In this document: positions 52,167 through 57,081 of the stretch, piece by piece
How positions within the stretch are numbered: position 1 is the stretch's first letter
Layout of the letters: every line of letters begins with the position of its first letter
Source: Chloroflexota bacterium
GTDB lineage: Bacteria; Chloroflexota; Dehalococcoidia; DSTF01; RBG-16-68-14
Direction of reading: 5' to 3'
Assembly: GCA_022561355.1 (NCBI GenBank)
Contig: JADFRJ010000001.1
Span: forward strand, 1 to 57,081
DNA: 57,081 nucleotides
Notes under the pieces: generated by a model
What the model saw: the letters and a program-made list of their open reading frames with translations, nothing else
What the model was told of the DNA's origin: nothing
Database searches by the model: none
Position numbers and translations under genes: made by a program

Positions 52167-54236
52167 GTGAGGCGCGCTCTAGGCTTGGCAGGACTGATCG
52201 CATCGCTCGGGCTGGCGGCCTACGGCCAGCACATTATCGATGACGGCGGGACGTTCGGCGCGGGCTGGCCGATCTTGTCGAGATTCGACGAAGAACTAAC
52301 GGCCATCTACGGGGCCCCCCAATCGCTCGCCTACACTATTCCACTCTTCTTCGTCGCTGCTGGATTATTCGTATTGAGCCTTTGGTTGCTGCTCTCATTT
52401 GATGGAGCTCAGGCAGCGTCGTCAGGGGATGAGCTACCTCCACAAGATTGGCTCGATGCTGGAAGGCGAATGCCGCTCGCCGCCGGCCTGGCCTTGCTCG
52501 CCGCTGGCGGCTGGGTCTACCTCATCTACCAATTGGCGGGCGGAGGTAATCAAGCATCCAACTGGTGGCTCTTCTGGGGATCGCTTGCCTGCGCCTTGTT
52601 CGCCCTCCTGCTCGTCGACCGAAAACGTGGCGCTGGGGTGCTGGCAACGCTTCGCTGGCATCCGCTGGAGTATGTTCTGCTTCTGGCAATCGTCGCAATA
52701 TTCTTCGGGCTGATGGTTCAAGACCTTACGAGCTGGAAGTACGCCCTCATCGGCGACGAAGGGGTGTTCTTCGAATACAGCCGAAGAATTGCGGAAGGAA
52801 ACCACGACTACAACTACTTCACGTTCCGTGGTCCGTATGGCATTCATCCTGTGCTTAGCTCTGTCTACCAGGGGATGGTCATGCGTGTGGCAGGAGTGAA
52901 CATCTTTGGTTGGAAGCTGTCCAGCACGCTCGCTATTGCCGCATCGCTCCCGATGTTCTACTGGCTGGTGCGAACCCAATTCGGCGTCCGACCGGCGATC
53001 TACGGGACGGTGATCCTGGGTTCAAGTCATACCCTGTTCGCAGCCGCGCACACCAGCTATATCAATATGCATGCCATCTTCCCCACGATTCTCGCGTTCG
53101 CCCTCTTCTCAGCAGGTCTGCGCCACCGCAGTACGCTCTTGTTCTTCGGCTCCGGGGTTGCGGCTGGTTTCGGGTTCTACACGTTCTATTCGGCTCGCAC
53201 AGCCATCCTAATCCTCGCCCTCGCCATGATGTTCGTGGCCCTCGGCGCGTGGCGGCGAGGGGAGTTGTTCCGCTGGACCAGGGACGTGCCGCTGCCGATC
53301 GCGACCGGCTTCCTGATGGCCGTCATGCCGATCTTCGCTGTCGATGGATGGTTCGTGATTGAGGTCATGCAGCGACAGTCGCTGTTCAGGGACCGAACCT
53401 TCACGGAGGGTCTCGGTTTCGTCGTCGACAACGTGCCGCGCGCCTTCATGGCGTTCAATTTCCAGCGTGCAAGACACCACTATGTCACCGGCTCACTTCT
53501 TGACGAGGTGTCAGCCGTCCTAGCGATTCTCGGACTGGCCTACGCTCTCTACCGGCTCCGCGACCCCGGCCACCGTTTCATTGTCATCTGGGCGATCGTA
53601 GCAATCGTCGTTACTGGGGTCCTTCACCCGCGGGCCTCGACCGAACTCCCCAGCCGCATGCACTTCGCGGTGCCGCCGATGGCCGCACTCGCCGGCATCG
53701 GCCTCGACCGGATCGTGGCTGGCTTCGCGAGTCTCTCATCGACCAGGCGGATGGAACTCGCCCTGAGCGTCGTGGCCTTCGCCCTTGTCGTTCCCGCAGT
53801 GCTGGGATTTAACATTCACCGCTTCTGGTGGGAGACACCAAGCATCCATCAGATCTCTGGCACCACGGTTATCTACCGGGAAGCGACGAGCGACAATTGC
53901 GACATCGAAGGGCGCCGTACCGTCGTATTCAGCGGGGCTGGAGGGTTCGGCAGCTTCTCTTCCGTGTTCCTCTACTACCGGCTGGAGGATGAGAGCCCCC
54001 TCTACCTACCCTATGAAGGCCCTCAGGACTTGTACGAAGACTTGATCGCCGTGAGCCGGGTAAGCTGCATTCTCTTTGTGAATCCTGATCTCGAAGTGGC
54101 GGAGGCGGTGATCCCGCGTTATACGAATCCCGCCGCCGAATTTGGCGCGTATCCATTCATTGCAACAGATATCTCAGGTAAATCGAAGGTCATGGTGCTG
54201 GAATGGCGAGGCGCAGCACCTGAGACCGACGACTAG
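52167..54236 (+). CDS. GT39/ArnT/PMT-like polytopic membrane glycosyltransferase
   Basis: 689 aa with more than 10 TM segments. An early loop, GDEGVFFEYSRRIAEG, carries a DE-type motif as in GT-C enzymes. The C-terminal domain of about 130 aa looks soluble. Confidence 0.55.
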   Translation: MRRALGLAGLIASLGLAAYGQHIIDDGGTFGAGWPILSRFDEELTAIYGAPQSLAYTIPLFFVAAGLFVLSLWLLLSFDGAQAASSGDELPPQDWLDAGRRMPLAAGLALLAAGGWVYLIYQLAGGGNQASNWWLFWGSLACALFALLLVDRKRGAGVLATLRWHPLEYVLLLAIVAIFFGLMVQDLTSWKYALIGDEGVFFEYSRRIAEGNHDYNYFTFRGPYGIHPVLSSVYQGMVMRVAGVNIFGWKLSSTLAIAASLPMFYWLVRTQFGVRPAIYGTVILGSSHTLFAAAHTSYINMHAIFPTILAFALFSAGLRHRSTLLFFGSGVAAGFGFYTFYSARTAILILALAMMFVALGAWRRGELFRWTRDVPLPIATGFLMAVMPIFAVDGWFVIEVMQRQSLFRDRTFTEGLGFVVDNVPRAFMAFNFQRARHHYVTGSLLDEVSAVLAILGLAYALYRLRDPGHRFIVIWAIVAIVVTGVLHPRASTELPSRMHFAVPPMAALAGIGLDRIVAGFASLSSTRRMELALSVVAFALVVPAVLGFNIHRFWWETPSIHQISGTTVIYREATSDNCDIEGRRTVVFSGAGGFGSFSSVFLYYRLEDESPLYLPYEGPQDLYEDLIAVSRVSCILFVNPDLEVAEAVIPRYTNPAAEFGAYPFIATDISGKSKVMVLEWRGAAPETDD

Positions 54237-54355
54237 GGATGCGGAGGTGGGCCGCAGTGCGACTGGAGATGTCCTGTTGCTAGGTCAATTCGGTCGTGTG
54301 TCTGGCGCACGGTACGCAGCCCGTGAGGGCGGTCTCCACCATTACATGTTGGGGC

Positions 54356-54454
54356 TGTAGCGTGAGTCGAGACTCGAACTTGCGACCCCTTCGGCTCCGC
54401 TAAAGAGAAGCCTCTGCTTGGTAGGCAGATGCTCTACCACTGAGCTACTCCCGC
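54356..54454 (-). tRNA. tRNA-Gly-like element with a canonical 5' half, an ACC anticodon, an insert of about 24 nt before the variable loop, a mismatched T/acceptor 3' half and ACA in place of CCA
   Basis: The minus strand reads GCGGGAG TA GCTC AGTGGTA GAGC A TCTGC CTACCAA GCAGA, then GGCTTCTCTTTAGCGGAGCCGAAG, then GGGTC GCAAG TTCGAGT CTCGA CTCACGC T ACA. The T-stem has two mismatches and the acceptor stem has one. Confidence 0.4.
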
Positions 54455-54557
54455 TCGCGTCGCCGATCGCGTAGCGGCCTCGCGTGGCGTTTGACCGCCG
54501 CGACGGCCGTCCATAACATGGGTGTACAGTCCCCGACGCGCAGCCAGGAGCGATGCG

Positions 54558-54802
54558 ATGCCAGAGTACGGCGCCCCACCACAGGTCACGCCCAAGCGGC
54601 TAGGCGACTACCTGGAGGTAATGAGCAAAGCGGTGTTTCAGTCCGGTATGTCCTGGCAGGTGGTGAACAAGAAGTGGGATGGCATCCGCGACGCCTTCCG
54701 CTCCGCCCCCTCCTGCGGCGGACAGGCAGGCCAACCCGCTGCTGGGACGACAACATCACCCGCGAATCGATCAGCGTGACGGGCGGTAGGGAGATGGGGT
54801 GA
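54558..54802 (+). pseudogene. remnant of a DNA-3-methyladenine glycosylase I (Tag)-like gene
   Basis: The N-terminal part LGDYLEVMSKAVFQSGMSWQVVNKKWDGIRDAF looks Tag-like. The expected continuation is scattered over other frames (ANPLL.. and ..WDDNITRES), and the region ends after about 80 codons. Confidence 0.35.
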
Positions 54803-54846
54803 GGAACTTCCTGAGGCGAGTGCCGCCCATTAGCTAAGAGGTGATC

Positions 54847-57081
54847 ATGGCTGGAACAGAGATTGTAGTAACGATAGGCGGCCTGGTTTCGATAGCCCTC
54901 TTGGTCTGGTTCTTTTTCGGTCCGAAGACAGCACGAACGGCGGAGTTAAGAGCTGGGGTCCAGGAGATCAAGATCACCGTCAAGGGCGGGTACTCACCGG
55001 ACACTATTCGCGTAAGGCAGGGGGTTCCACTCCGGCTGGTGTTCGACCGCCAGGAGAATAGCGACTGCAGCGCCAGGGTCGTGTTCCCAGACTTCCAGGC
55101 CGGCAAGAGTCTCAAACCGTTCGGAACAACGGTCCTCGAGTTCACCCCCGACAAATCAGGGGAGTTCGGCTTTGCCTGCGGCATGAATATGCTCCACGGC
55201 ACCCTCATTGTGGAAAGCGGCGCGGCCGCGGAGACGCCGGCCGAAGCGGAAGAGGTCCATGTCGGTCACGGGGTGCACGCAGAGGCGGTCGGCGTTGGGC
55301 CGCAGCTGAAGGTCAACGTACCATCTCAAGTGGAGTTTGCCATCTTTGGCAGTGGCGTCACCTGCCCCACCTGCGTCACCAGCATCGAGGCGTTCGTCAA
55401 TGAACTACCCGGCGTCGACGAAGTGCACGTCAACTTCGCCGCCGAGCGCGTGACAGTAGCCTATGATCCTGCCCAGGTTTCTCTAGAGCAGCTTCAGAAG
55501 GCCATCTCCGACTCTGGCTACAAAGCGGAGCCGCGCGGCGAGGCCGCCGTCTCTCCGGACGAAGACTGGGAGGCGCAGGCCCGCCAGCAGGAGATGCGCG
55601 ACCTGACGCGCAGGGTGGCTGCAGGCGCGATCTTGTCGCTGCCCGTGCTCTACGCCGTCATGGTCGGCGACTTGGGGAGCAAAGACTGGGTTCCCGACTT
55701 CCTGGAGAGGAGCTGGGTGCAGTTGGCACTCATCGCGCCGGTTATGGTTTACACCGGCTGGCCGATCCACCGTGCCGGCTGGCTGACGCTCCGGCACCGC
55801 ACCGCCGATATGAACACTCTCGTTACCGTGGGCACCACCGCCGCTTTCGTCTATAGTCTGCTGGTCACCGTCGCGCCGGACCTCTTTCCAGAAGAGTTGC
55901 AGGAGGTCTACTACGAGGCGGTAGGGATTATCCTCACACTCATCCTCCTGGGAAGGCTGATTGAGGCGCGGGCGAAGGCCGGAACCGGGGAGGCCATCCG
56001 GAAGCTGATCGGCCTCCTGCCCAAGACTGCCCGTGTCGTCCGCGGCGGCACAGAGCAGGATGTCCCTGTGGAGCAGGTCCTCCTGGGTGACATCATCATT
56101 GTGCGCCCCGGAGAGAAGGTCCCCGTGGATGGCGAGATTATCGAGGGGAGGTCAACCCTGGATGAGTCGATGGTCACCGGCGAGAGCTTGCCTGTATCCA
56201 AAGGCGAAGGCGACATCGTAGTAGGCGCGACCGTAAACCAGACTGGGGCCTTTCGGATTAGGGCGACCAGGGTGGGCAAGGACACCATGCTCTCCCAGAT
56301 AATCCGGCTGGTGGAGCAGGCTCAGGCCTCCAAGGCCCCGATTCAGGGCCTGGCGGACCTTGTGGCGAGCTACTTCGTGCCCGCAGTGCTCTTTATTGCC
56401 ATAGGGACATTCGTCGTCTGGTTCAACTTCGGGCCTGAGGGCGCCCTAACATTCGCGTTGGTGACTTCAGTGACGGTTCTCGTCATCGCCTGCCCCTGCG
56501 CGCTGGGCCTTGCTACCCCTCTGTCTATCATGGTGGCCACAGGGAAGGGGGCAGAGAACGGTATCCTCATCCGGTCGGCCGAGGCCCTGGAGACCGCTCA
56601 CAAGATGAACGCCATCATTCTGGACAAGACGGGGACAATCACGGAGGGCAAGCCTTCCTTGACCGACCTCCAGAGCAATGGCGTTGTACCCGAAGATGAG
56701 TTGTTGCGCCTGGTAGCTTCAGCGGAACGCTCGTCCGAGCATCCTCTTGGCCAGGCCATCGTGGAAGAAGCTCAGCGGCGCGGTCTGAACCTATCGGAAG
56801 TCGCCGAGTTCCAATCTGTAACGGGCAAGGGCATCCAAACGACCGTAGACGGTAGGCGCGTACTTGTGGGCAACGCGCGGTTGCTCGCTGACGCCGGGAT
56901 ATCGACCGAAGATCTCGAGCAAACAGCGACCTCTCTCGCCGCGCAAGGCAAGACGCCAATGCTTGTCGCTTTAGATTCGAGTCCGGCTGGCGTCATTGCC
57001 GTGGCCGACACCGTGAAGGAGACTTCTCGCGCTGCTATCGCCACCCTGAAACGGCTTGGGATAGCGGTGGTGATGATTACC
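54847..57081 (+). CDS. copA: copper-translocating P1B-type ATPase with an N-terminal TM-anchored cupredoxin-like domain, 3' end cut by the window edge
   Basis: This ORF is absent from the track because it has no stop within the window. I read it from the ATG at 54847 (AGAGG RBS). Order of elements: TM helix, cupredoxin-like [20 protein letters not shown]...[17 protein letters not shown] domain with [15 protein letters not shown] (IACPCALG) and DKTGT. Confidence 0.88.
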   Translation, partial: MAGTEIVVTIGGLVSIALLVWFFFGPKTARTAELRAGVQEIKITVKGGYSPDTIRVRQGVPLRLVFDRQENSDCSARVVFPDFQAGKSLKPFGTTVLEFTPDKSGEFGFACGMNMLHGTLIVESGAAAETPAEAEEVHVGHGVHAEAVGVGPQLKVNVPSQVEFAIFGSGVTCPTCVTSIEAFVNELPGVDEVHVNFAAERVTVAYDPAQVSLEQLQKAISDSGYKAEPRGEAAVSPDEDWEAQARQQEMRDLTRRVAAGAILSLPVLYAVMVGDLGSKDWVPDFLERSWVQLALIAPVMVYTGWPIHRAGWLTLRHRTADMNTLVTVGTTAAFVYSLLVTVAPDLFPEELQEVYYEAVGIILTLILLGRLIEARAKAGTGEAIRKLIGLLPKTARVVRGGTEQDVPVEQVLLGDIIIVRPGEKVPVDGEIIEGRSTLDESMVTGESLPVSKGEGDIVVGATVNQTGAFRIRATRVGKDTMLSQIIRLVEQAQASKAPIQGLADLVASYFVPAVLFIAIGTFVVWFNFGPEGALTFALVTSVTVLVIACPCALGLATPLSIMVATGKGAENGILIRSAEALETAHKMNAIILDKTGTITEGKPSLTDLQSNGVVPEDELLRLVASAERSSEHPLGQAIVEEAQRRGLNLSEVAEFQSVTGKGIQTTVDGRRVLVGNARLLADAGISTEDLEQTATSLAAQGKTPMLVALDSSPAGVIAVADTVKETSRAAIATLKRLGIAVVMIT

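Noticed and set aside
51057-54355. Classic tRNA-targeted genomic island between the two tRNA-like repeats
   Set aside because: There is no integrase, excisionase or mobility gene. The repeat similarity extends beyond the tRNA 3' end into flanking DNA and also into the 5' half, which fits a segmental duplication or decay better than att sites.
1-57081. CRISPR arrays, IS elements/transposases, integrases, prophage genes, toxin-antitoxin pairs and rRNA genes
   Set aside because: I looked for regularly spaced direct repeats, DDE/tyrosine-recombinase-like ORFs and rRNA-like conserved stretches and found none. The only repeats seen are the short regulatory boxes and the tRNA-like pair described above.

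Overview
High-GC bacterial window with GGAGG-type ribosome-binding sites and many ATGA or 4-13 nt start/stop overlaps. An LPXTG sortase signal suggests a monoderm lineage such as Chloroflexota or Actinomycetota (inference). The main feature is a dense set of type II DMSO-reductase-family (NarG/EbdA/NxrA-like) molybdoenzyme genes. There are six full-length catalytic alpha paralogs: A1 9139-11919, A2 15473-18325, A3 18508-21507, A4 25910-28696 (minus strand), A5 35231-38020 and A6 38505-41981. Against these there are only three Fe-S beta subunits, two EbdC-like heme-b gamma subunits and two NarJ/TorD-like delta chaperones. A1, A2, A4, A5 and gamma-1 carry no Tat or Sec signal. A3 and A6 carry clear twin-arginine signals. 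A6, beta, delta and gamma form a Nitrospira/anammox-type periplasmic NXR-like module, preceded by a translationally coupled small ORF and followed by a polytopic membrane protein. The long plus-strand operon containing A1 starts with two tandem pairs of CrtI-like FAD oxidoreductase plus SCP2 lipid-carrier domain. It also contains a MobB-FmdE fusion and ends with a permease, a C-N hydrolase and an alpha/beta hydrolase. The minus-strand cluster containing A4 also holds two radical SAM/SPASM proteins, a Rieske ferredoxin, a P450, an LLM oxidoreductase and a frameshifted LLM gene. A recurring palindromic box (GGGCC-N4-GGCCC) followed by a TAACT..TAGC..GCTAG box lies upstream of at least five of these transcription units, which suggests one regulon. 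No regulator gene is visible in the window. The right-hand third holds housekeeping and accessory genes: an RlmI-like methyltransferase, a ThuA-like protein, hydrolases, a GT39-like membrane glycosyltransferase and a CopA with an N-terminal cupredoxin domain. It also holds gene remnants and two diverged, non-canonical tRNA-Gly-like elements that bracket a 3.3 kb two-gene segment. I saw no CRISPR array, transposase or integrase. All functional calls come from motif and architecture recognition by eye; no database search was run.
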